From Raillietiella orientalis (taxonomy: Eukaryota), in assembly GCA_036172245.1 (NCBI GenBank), contig JAYWIR010000040.1:620001-684000 (forward strand): 64,000 nt of DNA. The letters are read 5' to 3'. Shown here one piece after another: positions 48,601 through 60,549 of the stretch (position 1 is its first letter; every line of letters begins with the position of its first letter). The translations under genes and the position numbers were made by a program. The notes beneath the pieces were generated by a model. The model worked only from the letters and a program-made list of their open reading frames with translations. It did not search any database and was not told the origin of the DNA.

Positions 48601-51504
48601 CCGTACGGCTGCGGTCTCCTGGCGTGGTACCGAGCGTTGAGGGTTCCAAATGCTCGTAAAGGATGGACGATGAGAACGGGGGGTGCGTCGTGGGTTTCGA
48701 TTCCCTCCCGCAGGGTGACGCAGGCTGGCCTATTCGGGTGTGGCGGCACTGATGGGAGCAGTCGTAGACCCATGGATCCTTCCCGGGTTCCCTTCGTGGT
48801 TCCCTACCGAGCGTAAGAGGAACGGACTCCTCCCTTCGGAGCCTTCCTGGATTCCTAGGGTGGTCCCTCCGGGGTCACCCACCAACTTGAAGAGTGACGT
48901 GCACCCTCTGGTGGCATGGACAGTATTTAAAGAGCTTTACGAACCCCCGTAAGGAGGCGAACGGTACTTCGTACGAACCCAAAAATATGAGAAAACCCGG
49001 AGAAAAAAAAAAAAAAAAAAAGGCTGGAAGGAAAGCAGCGAAAACAGAAAGACCCAGAAGAATTTCCACCATCCTTTTGGATCCTTTTATTTCCTCTGCT
49101 TCTCTTGTTCCAATTTGTAGGGAGCTTCTGCTTTGAATCTTCTGGGGACCGGTTCTAGTTGTTCGGCATATCCTTTTGGCATCAAAGCCTTTTAACTACT
49201 GAACTTTGCTTTTGCTTAATCCCTGACATTCCATCGAATAACCAGGCAGACATCGATATGGAAGGATGCTATTCCTTATGTGTGAATCGATAAGGATTCC
49301 ACGGCTTCGTCTTTTATACAAATACGTACATAAAAAAGGTTTCGTTAAGGCCCGAACCTTACTTGCGACGAGGAGGGAGCAGGAAATGGAATGGCTCACT
49401 AGGAATGGGCAGAGAAGAAGGAAATTCCTAAAGGATTGTGTAAGTTTCTGTCGAACGTGCTGAAGCCTTTCAAAATGAGTGCCACAAACTGATTGCTCGA
49501 CTGCTTTTTTCTTTCGCATCCTCCTCCTCCCCTGAGCACGGAGTTTTCCCACCTTCGGCAAGTCCGAGCTTTTTTTTTTTTTTTTTTTTTTTTGCGAGTT
49601 GCCTGGACGACGCAGGGAGTGTGATGATCCAGCCTGCGGTGGATTCCGCGATCTCAATGATAAAGCTTTCCGTCCAAAGCCCTTCTGGTTGTGCATCCTT
49701 TTCATTTCTTACCGCATGCCCAGGGAGATGCAGGAATTCCCTTCCTGACATCTGTTTTCAAGATTAAGAACGAGAATGACGTCGATCAACTCGGAAGAGA
49801 CACAGAGCGGGAGTGCGTCACCGAAACAAAAAAATGCCAATGGCCACCAATTTTTAAGATTTCGCGCTGTGCTGGTGCCCAGCGCTGCTTTCATCTCTTG
49901 CATCTCTCTCTCTTTTTTTCCTCTTGACATCAAGTTGTTCCTGTGCTGACCAGCAAGCAGAAAATCGCACGGATGCCTCTTGAGGCACACGGACTGAACC
50001 TGACCCAGCATCAGAATTTTCGTGGGAAGTTCCGAGTTCGCTAAATGATGCTGAATGGCTGGACCAACGCAAAAAAAAAAAAAAAAAACTTACAGAGTCT
50101 CCGATGCCGATCATTTCCTGTAAGGTCATCGAAGTACTTGTGGAGATTTCGCTCATCAGTTCCTGGAATATCTGTACACTTATCTGTGCTTCCGAACAGA
50201 ACTTGATTTTCCGACTCTGTGCGGGGATGGGCACAAACCAGAACCCTTTGTGTCCGTCGCCGTTTCCCTGGGGACACATTTATGCGGCACGCAAGCACCA
50301 AAGGTGCACTGATGATAAGCGCAATGGATATGCATTGTGAGTACGCTTTTGAATTATTTACAGCAATGCATAATTAAAGGTCCCGGATCGCAGAGGATGT
50401 AATTAACTTTAAATTATAAAAAAGCACTTTCGAGGCACTCGAGCCAAGCTAAGAAACAAAAAATGCAAGAGCACCGTCTTCGGCAGGTGCATTGCAGAGT
50501 TGTGTGACCATTAAATAAAATAAATATGCAGACGAAAAAAACAATCATAAGATCATAAGGGGAGAGATCCGGCGATGACTTTTGTGTTCGGACACGGCGG
50601 TTTCCATCGACAGATGCGTTTTTTTTCGCCGAGGGAGGGAAGACCTGGAACCTCGGGTTTTCCTCCGAAAGACTCTGGAGAGGAGTCCAGATTTCCGAGA
50701 ATTTCAACGGGAACGGCCCGCGCCACGGCCCGTACATCCAACGTACATGTGATGATCGATACGAGATAACGCCATCTCCATCGCATCCTTCCTAGATGTC
50801 ATTCGAGACCGCGCAGCGCTGTGTGATTCACGCAAAGGGGAAACAAAGCCCGCAAAGCCTGATGATTTATCCGGGTTCCTTGCGGGAACCGAGGATTCGG
50901 GTTCACCTGATCCCGAACAGGGGCTCCTCGCTTCCCCGCAGCCGGACGAGATTAAGAACGAACGTCCGCCCAGACAGAACCACGCATCCGAACGATCTGG
51001 ACCAAATTACGGCGACCGCCCAAAATACACTCATGAGCATCCTCCCTGATGCGGGGCGGAATCTCCCTGAAATCCCGATTTCCGACGACCGAAAAGAGCC
51101 AAAACAAAAACGAAACGGCTGCTTTCTCTTCCTCAGCGTATTTGATGGATGCGAGCAATTTCCACGTTCACCTTCTAAACACTGTGTACGTGCTGCTGGC
51201 CAACTTCCTGTCTGCTCAGCCCGTGAAGTGGAGGCACTTTTACCTGCCCTTAGTGCCCGGATTTGGGTACTTGGTGTTCAATATCGTTTATTTCGTGAGT
51301 GGTGGAAAAGGACAGAACAATTCTCCGTATATATATCCGTTTCTGGACTGGGGAAAACTGAACACTGCCATACCTACCACGATAGGAATCACTGCCATGA
51401 TGACGGTGCTGCACATGTTCCTTTTGGGACTGACGAGATTCCGGAAGTGCTTGTACAGGAAATACCACACGAATAGGAATTTCGTCGTTCGCCAACCCAC
51501 ATAA
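39646..51504 (+). CDS. rost: Protein rolling stone-like multipass membrane protein, ~263 aa
   Basis: Exons 39646-39717 (MCGTCELRPWGFDHDEPSQFVHSQ|gtaaag), 46458-46668 (WQ...WFIYFTHWG...), 46716-46856 (MSILHKASW...ITIVYWTLL...|gtgagc), 51137-51504 (...HLLNTV...GG...YIYPFLDW...*). Family hallmarks H..P..F..SQWQ, IY.T.WG, IT..YW and YIYP.LDW are present; phases are consistent (792 nt). Confidence 0.9.
40400..42500 (-). mobile_element. Degenerate L1/Tx1-like ORF1 + endonuclease in rost intron 1
   Basis: QYKGVRKDRSR (~Y.G..K.C) ORF 41649..41879; LFELLHVPT (~INVYAPT) ORF 41017..41379; ICVVGRGF (~I..GDF) at ~40970. Confidence 0.45.
42840..43900 (-). mobile_element. Degenerate L1-like RT 3' part and zinc motif in rost intron 1
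   Basis: LRERKLSCFYFYI and RVDPAKAK in ORF 43570..43845; VLPAN...PICPRNVG in ORF 42837..43298. Confidence 0.4.
44010..45000 (+). mobile_element. SINE-like family copy 4 (full-length reference copy)
   Basis: tRNA-like head TGTGGTCAAGG...GGGTTCGAAT at ~44080-44125; GGGAG-TC-GACC-TTCG-GGTC-CTCCC hairpin at ~44260-44283; hairpin-unit array 44520-44770; GAGAGGAACGGACTCC; A tail 44969-44999. Confidence 0.8.
47850..50300 (-). mobile_element. Degenerate L1-like RT in the last rost intron, interrupted by SINE copy 5
   Basis: LKNWWPLAF (~LKNWRPISL) ORF 49709..50011; GLNINESR (~GLKIN.SK) ORF 48171..48368. Confidence 0.6.
48590..49022 (+). mobile_element. SINE-like family copy 5 (internally deleted)
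   Basis: Head TTGGCCGCCGTACGGCTGCGGTCTCC...GGGTTCCAAAT; a single CCTTCCCGGGTTCCCTTCG unit; AAGAGGAACGGACTCC; TTGAAGAGTG; A tail 49003-49021. Confidence 0.75.
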
Positions 51505-52798
51505 AAGGAAACTGCAATGAACCACGTTTTTCTATTGTGTGCTCCTACGGAACCGAGTGCAAGAGGGAACACTGAAACATACTGTTGATCCCGGTTTTTT
51601 ATTTATGCCGTGAAGAATTCAGCATCCGCATCGAACTTGCCTCGCTCCTGGCACGATCTCCAGAAGCGCCCCCACTCCCATCCCCGCCTTTCCTCGAACA
51701 AATCACACGAGTACAACCCACTCCTCGTGACAACGAACGAGATGGAGATGGAGACGCTGCTGCTGACGAGGACGTCGAGACGCGACGCCGGCGGCGTTCG
51801 TTCGAATGCACCCTTTCCCGAGACTCGCAACATCAGATGCATTGATAAATTCGTTTGCTCGCCTCCCTCACACTTTTTGTACAAGATTTCGTCGTCGGGA
51901 CCACCCGATGCAATTTATTCCCGAACGCGTGGATCAACCGACGCATCAGTTCCCCCACGACTCACTGTGTACCCTGTGATGCTGAGGAAGTCGTGGTGGT
52001 GGTCTCTTCTCTTCTCTGATAGAGGACCGCGCCAGTTCGGTGACCTCATCGATGCCATCCGCTATACTCACCTGAAGGTGCCCCCCTTTATGAACTGGGA
52101 TTCGCTTGGGACATTTCTTGGAGCAACGAAATAACAAAACCATGTTTTTTTTTTTTTTTTCAACGGTCTATATTTCCAAAAAAAAATTCAAATGATACAG
52201 GCAAACCTTGTCAATTAGTACAAATCACTACATTTTATCTAAAATATCTGCAATTGTAAGTTTTAACAGCTGACCGAATAACAAAACGGTTTATGATTGA
52301 TGATTATTACCGAGGGACTAGTTTTACTATTCAAACTCCTTCTGTACCAGAAAAACGAACGGTACAACCAATGCACGTATTTACAATCAGAATATATATA
52401 GTCTATAAAATCTCACATTATGCATTGCGAAAAATACATATATAAATACTATTTGTTTCCGACTAGACAGCTTCTATACTAAAAGAAAAATAACTTTATA
52501 GTGACATCTTGTTATCACAAATTTCTCTCCAGTATTTAAGGCCCTTTCACAGCACTATCCAACTAGTAATTTCTTGGCTACGGACTTCCAGGTACTTTTA
52601 ATTTCGGCAATACTTCACAACGGACGTGTACAAATTGAATCGGGAGAAGTGCACACACGAAATCACACAAATCCAGCATCTGCTCCGCCGACCTGTCACA
52701 CGCTCTGCTAACACTACTGACGGACGAACAGTGCTGTTCCAAGAACTCGGCAACGGGAGGAGGAGTATCTTTGGGCCGAAACGCCCACGGGCATAACT

Positions 52799-55700
52799 TC
52801 ACTGCTGCGAGAAGTAAATTCCCTCCGTCGAGGTGCGCCCGAAATCCGCGCCTTCGTGGTAGGAGGTGCAGCTGGTCGCCGTGTGGGGGAACACGAAAGA
52901 CGTGCTCCCGGGAAAATGCACGGGAGAGCGGATGCGCAGCATGCCGGCGGCGTCGCTGCTCTTCGCCGAGGCGCCGAATGCCACTTCCGGGCACGGGTGC
53001 AGCTCGCAGGATTCCTTGGGACTCGAAGGACCGGGAACCGTCCTCATGAGGTTCAAGCGGCGCGACTCGAAGTGCAGCTGCTTTTCCGGAACGGGGATCG
53101 GCGGAATCAGGGGAAGGATGGGATACGGAAAATGGGAAGACAGTCGGGAGAGCTGATGGGACAGGCGGTAGACGTTCTGATTGTTCAGGAAGATGTCGGA
53201 CAGGATCTTGTGAGATCTGAACATGGACGAGAACGACGACAAAGAATGCATCAAAAACGGCGTTGCGGTGTACAAAGACGGCTGTACGTCGAAAACGCTG
53301 GAGCTTGACAGCTGCGCTTGATGGTACAAGGAATTCGAGCACCTGTGCTTGGGGTGGGCTGAGCTCTTCCAGTAGCTGTTTGCGTTGCACAACATCGGCT
53401 GCTGGTCGGGGAACGGGGCGCACGGCAAGGAAAAGGCCGTCTTCAGAGACGGCAAGAACTCGTACTTTCTCTCCACGTAAAGTTCCCCTCTCTCGGGGGC
53501 CTTCCGCTTTTCTGCAACAGAATTTTCTTTGTCGCTGAACAAACAGCGACTCGGCTGAAAGTCGGGGGAGCTCGCAACAGATCTATCATCGTCCGTCTTG
53601 TATTTGCAAGTTCCGCTCGTGGAAGTCACCTCCGGAAGGACAGACCACGCGCCGCAACTAATCAGAGCGGGTTCTTTGCTTTTCAGCTGGCTGTTCGCCA
53701 TGGTGGTGATGCTGTTGAAATAGCAAACGATATTCTGCTCGGACAAAGGGTCACTCGCACTGTCCACATCTTCGCCGAGATGGGGCTTCTTTTCTTCCTT
53801 GGGGAGCAGCGACGAAAGCAGAGACTCGATGGCGAAACTCTTATCGGACGACGAACTTTTACGCGAAGTCCCTTCCGATGCCACGGGCAGGTGGCCGGTG
53901 CCGGGTTCGCGTTTATCTGACGCCTCCAGAGAAGCCCCTTTTCCACTCCGGCAGACGTCAAGGGCACACCTTTTTTTTTCTGGAGCGTACACGTGATCGC
54001 CGGCAAATCCGTCTGCGTGCACGGATCCAAGGAGGTCACCCGCATCGGGACGCTCCAGAGCGCTGCTGCCGCCGCCGTTCACTTCCCCCAAGGGGCACTT
54101 CCCCCGGAGTTTCGAAGAATACCTCTTCTTGCTCCATTCGAAAATCGGCGCCGCCGCGGCCACCGCCGCCTCTTCCACCTGTTCACATTTAGAAGGCTTA
54201 TTTCTGTTCAGCGAAACGTAATCTAGCTTGCGTTTTACTGACCCTTTCTTGAGGATGAAGTAAAACAATTTCAAGGGACCATCCTGGGAACAAGAAGAAC
54301 TGCACTCTAATGCAGGTGCAGAAACAATGCAAACAGTGAGAACAGTATGACTGATACTTTTAAGATTAGCAAGTACAATCTGCTTTCATATTACTGTACA
54401 AAAACAAAAACAACAACAACAAGAAAGGAAAAAAAAAAAAAAAGGCCCTGCCGAGAATGACAACACGTTCCAAAAACACGAATCCTTGGTGCTGTCTCGC
54501 TACGAGCTTCCCGACTTTTACTTCCCGCGCTAAGAAAAGTACCAAAAATCATTCCCCCCCCCGAGATTAAGTTGTTAATACGTGTCTGCAAGATGACTAT
54601 GCATTTGCCCATGTTAATTGGAACACTTTAACAAACCTAAGATTTCATACAATCACTGCACACGCCTTTTTTTAGTCTGATGAATCCCAAGTTTCCTTTT
54701 TTTTTTTCCTCCGATTTGCTTGTCGACCCTGGCAGGACGCTTCACTACGCATTTCCAGAAACATTCCCCCGCCTGCTTGGAGCGTTGTTGGCGCGCCATC
54801 ATCGGCAATGGAGTCACCGAGGTCCAACTTCCACCACCCTCATTTGAAATCTCGAAAAGCAACGGCTCTTCTCGACTGCCACCACGGTTTCTATCCCGGC
54901 TGACCCTTGCCTCTCTTCGCAGCCGGGTCAACTTCCAAGTTGCGCTTCCCCGAAACTGTTTGGCGCTTCTTGGAAGCTCCGAACGCAAACCATGAGACTC
55001 CCTTCCTTTCCAAAATCCCAGTGCCTCGTCAGATCACCGTGTCGTCGCGACAACCACGTGTGAACACCGTTACTCGTCCTTCCGGCTACTCGGAAATTCT
55101 TCCGTCCGTCCGACTCGGAAATGGGTTTCTTCTCCGCCAGCCTATCGATTCTCTCAGAAATGAGCTCTATCTAATAGGAGCATTTAGTTCGCCTCGTGAT
55201 TGCACATAGTGCGCGTTCTAATTCGCTGCTAAATGAAACTTAATTGGCAGCTGCCGAAATGCCGGTTCGACACTTTTAATGCGTGCGGAGAACACAACCG
55301 TTCATTGGAAATTAACGAAACAAATGACCGTGAATAAACTCGTAAATAAATGAATCCATCGCAAACTACCAGGCAGAGGAAAAACTGCTCATCATGTTCA
55401 ATGTATCCACTCTAAATTACCATACTGTGCATCATCCGTGTGTGCATACATAATGTATGTACCTTACTTTGTACGTATCTTCCGCCTACGTGAATCTCCC
55501 AACTCTCAGTTTGGAGCAAAACGCACTTTCATCTGCCAGCCATAATTTCCGGAGGAACAATTAGAAGTGATTTTATGACCGGCATTTCTCAACCAGACAC
55601 ACTGGGGAAATCAGCCATCGAATATATTACGTAATCGGTTAAAGGTTTTCAATTCGAAATCCCGCATTCGTTTTTTTTTTTTTTTTTTTTTTTTTTGAAA

Positions 55701-58700
55701 GCAAAACTGCATCTAATGAGATGCATTATCGGAGTTCCACCCCACTTTCGTTTCAGTCGCTTCGTAAATTTGATACGTTCGAATCTATGTGGAAAGTACG
55801 AAGTGGTCAACTCTTAAAGCAAGCATCACAAGCTTGGCGCGATTTCGTACTGCAATCCAAGTTTAATCACGCAATAATTTCCTATACACATGAAAACACA
55901 CACACACACACGCACACAGATTTGTGATAAATCTGAGCTCTTGCTTTTCTAGTAACTTCTGGGTATCACTTTCCTTTTCTGAGTAACCCTATAATTATCC
56001 ATTTCTTGAGTAGTTTACATAATCCATTCGATGCAATCCATAATTTTTCCTTGCAGAAATAATTTAAAGATCTTTTCATCTTCGATGCCGATTGGTAGCT
56101 CATCACAATTCCACAAGACATTAATGTTTATGCCCGTATGTATGTTTCCTGCCCACATGCCAGGCGGAGATGTGCATCAATCCAGTTGAACGAATCTCTT
56201 TCAGAACCACCTCTTTCAACAGTATAAAAAGTATTCGTGCACTTCAATGTACATTATTCCTCAAGGTTCCGAGCAATCACTACAAGTTTGTTTGTTTTGG
56301 GGGACCGAGTAAAATCTGTTAATGGATTGAGCATCCCAGTATTCACACATTCTCCAAAATAAGCACTGCTTATGTCAGTACGAAGATGTATCAATGAGCT
56401 CAATCTCTTAATCAGCAGCTTCGACAGCTGTACTAATGTTCAAGTGTAAGAATTCCTTAATGATAGATATCTGGACAAATAAAGCTTGGCCCGTTTCAAA
56501 AACAAAATCTGATGGTAACGTCTTCGTGACACGAGAAATACTGGGATACCTTCCAACTTTCATTTTTCACCAAAGCTTGAATTTCATTTGCAAACAAAAA
56601 TAAATCTTTATCCAACCTCTTTAAAACAAAATCAGCAAATTTACAATTATAAATGAATTTAATCATTTTATTTATTATAGTAATTGGCTTCTGAAACCTT
56701 CGGACTATAGAAACATTGATCCATATGTTAAAATGAATTGTTAATGGTTGAAAAAGTTTTCCATAGTCAGAAAACTATTTAACCAAAATATTTCATAAAA
56801 TGAATAAAAACTTCGACTTTGTATCAGCTAAAAGAGCACTTCCTTTTCGATATTGCCAGACTTTTATTAAAATAAAAATGTAAACCCAGAATTTAAAAAA
56901 ACAAAACAAAAACAAAAGAATATTGTTACTTGTGAAGAAAAATAATTTTCAATGACCAAAATGAATAGATTATTCACATGGTATTTAAGATTAAATTATT
57001 TATGTACAGTGACAACCAAGAATCGAAAAGAAATCAATGTTATATCACCTGATTCCACTGATACAAATACACCACATCCATAAGGCTTAAATCATCCGGG
57101 ACTTTTTTCTTGTCATATCTGATCTGAATTCTATGCTTGAAAGTTAATCCATATTTTGCAAAAATAAACCTCTTCAAATGTGCAACTGTCACAAGAACTG
57201 GACAATTCAGGTAATGGCACAATGGTGGGCTCTAAAGCACAAATCCCATTTACAATACACATACATAAATATATATATTAACATGATAATAATCAATCCC
57301 ACAAAAAATCCTACCAAATTTAATTAATTCATCATCGGAAACATATGAAGACTCGATGAAAGGTCTCACTCTAAATGAGAAAAGTGACTAAAATCACCAT
57401 GGTTTAAAATACTTGGGAAATAAGAAAGAGGTGCTTCATAACCCAAAAACTTACAGAATACTCATTTGTCTAGATGCTCTAGAGCATGGATCATACAGAT
57501 CACTTTTACATGAAATCATAATTACTTCATCTAGCAACCTAATCATGAAACTTTTCATCATATGGAAGCATTTTTGGCATTTCCTTATTAAATTTGTCAG
57601 TACAAACACAATAAATAAATTAAGACAAAAAAATGGATCTTAATTCTGCATCTACAATTTTTTTTCTATATCTCATTCATTATCATGCTTATTTTGTACA
57701 TATTCTGCATACTCTTTAGATAAAAAAGTATTCAGGAGAAAACAAATTTATAATCAAATTATTTACATGGCAATGTAATTTTATTTGAAGACTGTTGCAT
57801 ATAATTTACCTTTTGATAACTTTATTTACAAATATGTATTAAACTGAATGAATTTAAGAAATGCAACAACCATGTTGTTATTTCTTGAGAATCTAATTTT
57901 AACTAATCCAGCTCTGATAAAACCACAAAGAAATCGCTAAATTTACAAAACAATAACCTGTGGTTGCATTAGGACAAGGATAACAACCCATTCATAATTG
58001 TTCAATGCAACTTTTAAGTACGAACATTCGTTTGTTGTTCCAATTGAAAGAAAAGGAGCTTATTATTAAAATACTATACCTTTTTTGGTAACTCCTTTAA
58101 TGGTAAGCAACCATACTCTAAGCATATACTTATGCATTCATCAGGCAAAAACACATAAATTCCATTTCCATGACCAGCATCAAAATCACTCACAGGTACA
58201 TAATTTTGGTTTTCTTCATAGAACTTCCTTCTCCTTTGAAGCTCATCTGCAAAATTCTTAGTTCAGACACAAGATTTTTATGAAATGATGGCAAGTCTCT
58301 TACAGTAAGGGTATTTACTCTATTGCAATATCAATTACAATTATGGTTTACCTAGTACATTGGAAAAATTAGTTTCCTATTTCTCGATAAACCATGCACT
58401 ACACTCTTTGTTTGCTAGTTCCCTCATAAGTACTAATTAACATCACACATCTGAGAGAAACATTTCGGCACCTTTTTGCATTCTTGCATGTCTGAGGCCT
58501 GGTTTCTGTGTTTGACAGCAATTATAAAGGACTTGAATTCGCCAACTGATCTTTTCTAAGAATCTTGCACTCAATTCAAATAATTCGAAGAATAAACATG
58601 AACTACAGTGGTGACTGTTGCAACTGTCAATGTTTGACTTGTAGATGAATAGAATGTTGAACAAAGAATATGGTGCAAATTTGGAAAGATCACAAACCAC

Positions 58701-59919
58701 TGCTATGTAATGAACTGCCTACATTAAACAAAAGATACATAAAATGCTGTTAAACTTTCGTTCTGAAATAGTATATATATTCATGAATTCGATGAACGAA
58801 AACAGAAACGAAGATGTAATTTGGATTGAATCATAATGGTTTCATCTTATTTTTTTTTTGTTGCATTGAAGTCAAGCAAGTCAGAATAAAACAAATCTGT
58901 AGACCTGCCCCAGAAGGTAATGAAAGTTAAATTAATCTGACAACAATTCTATGTTACATGCTTTTATTAAAAATGACAGAAATGATGATTTATTACGTAC
59001 ATGGTGTATACAGAGATTATAAACACACACACACACACACGTAAGATACATTTAAAGTTTCAAATCCTTGTTTGTGCTTAGGAATTTGTTTTCTTTAAAA
59101 CCAGTCTTTCTGAGAATACGAAAAACTCTCGTTAATACAAGGAAACAACATGGTTAAAACTTATTTTTAATAAGACACATAGCCGGTTGGGCGAACCCAA
59201 TGAAGTGAAGATGCTCTTTCATAGAATAGCAGATCTTCTAAGAAATGCAGTACTCGGAATATTCACTATATAAATCACTACACACACTGCCTTGTTTTAG
59301 ATAAGCATTTCCATTTCATCAACTTAAATGAAACCACAACACCTCCTTATCCCGAATGAAATGGAAATACACTCAAATAAGGAAATCTTGCAGATGAAAA
59401 AAAAAAAAAAAAAACTTGATTGCATCGGCACTGAAACCGTTCCAGCGATTTATGCACAAGGAATTTTTAATTAGAAAGAGGGCGAATGGCACTTCATTCT
59501 GCACGGGAAAAAAAAACTTACTCTGAAGAAGACCAGGAACGAGTTTATACACAGTATCCTGGAGGAGTTTGTCCGGTCTCAAGTTCAGAAAGGGCTTCAC
59601 TTTGTACACGACCACATCACAAATCGGGCAATTCTTGCATGTTTCCAAATATTTGACTATGCAGCTCCTGCAAACTGAAGTACATTTTTTTTTTTTTTTT
59701 TTTTTTTTTTTGCTTTTTGGTTTTCCACCTTTTTTCAGATGCGTTTTCCCCTCGCGCTTCGCAATTAACTTTCATTTTGCATTCCCAGTACTTACAGGAA
59801 TGTAAGCATTCCACAATTGTTGTTGCATCCACAAAATATCCGCCACAGAGGACGCAGGTCAAGGAAAAGTTGATGTCGGTAACGGATATCCTTTTGGCTT
59901 TGAATTTCGAGGTGATCAT
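52799..59919 (-). CDS. Psc: Polycomb group RING finger protein, Psc/BMI1 (PCGF2/4)-like, with long C-terminal region, ~703 aa
   Basis: Exons 59919-59796, 59674-59522, 58246-58080, 57231-57049, 54283-52799; all GT-AG and in phase (2112 nt). [29 protein letters not shown]...CPICD; helical [32 protein letters not shown]...TVAHLKRFI...[17 protein letters not shown]. Exact orthology (Psc vs Su(z)2 vs BMI1) is not resolvable by eye. Confidence 0.93.
54650..55200 (-). mobile_element. Short degenerate LINE RT C-terminal fragment in the last PCGF intron
   Basis: [12 protein letters not shown] (~L..P...GGLG) in ORF 54653..54988; GC-rich patch within an AT-rich intron. Confidence 0.3.
58440..58720 (-). 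mobile_element. Small non-LTR RT fragment in PCGF intron 2
   Basis: [10 protein letters not shown] (~AVFLDLSKAFD) at the start of ORF 58443..58700. Confidence 0.3.
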
Positions 59920-60549
59920 AGTATTCCTTCACATAACGATTCCCGCTGGCAACTTTGTACGGGGATTCATTCAAGTACGAAACCTCGTCGTCCTCCTCGT
60001 CGTCGTTGTTGTCGTTTTGCTCTTCCTTTCGGCAAGGGGTGCGCGCGACTCTACGACCAACGGAAACAGAAAAAAAAAAAAATTAGAACGAAACCCCAAA
60101 CTCTACAAACATTACGGCACTGCCATGAGGGGAAAACGCGGAAAGGGCAAACTACGTGCGACCACGTAAGTTCCGCGGCAACTGAAATTGCTGTGAAGCT
60201 GCGTATTCAAGCACTATTTACAAGGTCACGAAGAGCTTGATAATTGCTTTCCAAAGTGTACAAGCGCGACGTATACACTGCGGCGGACGCGGTGCGGTAC
60301 GCAGCGCAGTGTACTCGGCCGGCAAGGCATTGGGGATGGGGGGAGGGGCGGGGGGAGGGAGGGGGGGGGGGAAGAAGAAGGAAGAGGGAAAAAAAAAAAT
60401 AGGAAAAAAAAAAAAAAAAGGAAAGGAAAGGAAAGGAAAGGAGGAAAAAGAAAAAAAAAAAAAAGTCAGGGCCGAAGAATCTTCCTTGAGACTTCTTGGA
60501 ACCAGCAGCTTCGGCTCGGCTGCACTTTCGGTCCGAAGATCTCGGAAGC

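Noticed and set aside
50140..50165. Hammerhead ribozyme core CUGAUGAG-CGAAA on the minus strand (also CUGAUGA at ~26490 and ~29918, CUGAAGAG at ~25818)
   Set aside because: No stem-loop II or flanking helices could be formed; the matches lie in decayed RT or SINE sequence.
51610..52134. 174-aa ORF between rost and PCGF
   Set aside because: Non-ATG start, no recognisable domain and no convincing splice link to rost; probably 3' UTR or intergenic, though an alternative last exon cannot be excluded.
52578..53423. 281-aa overlapping ORF or stop-codon readthrough at the PCGF 3' end
   Set aside because: Shadow frame of a GC-rich exon; the stop context TGA-A is not a recognised readthrough signal.
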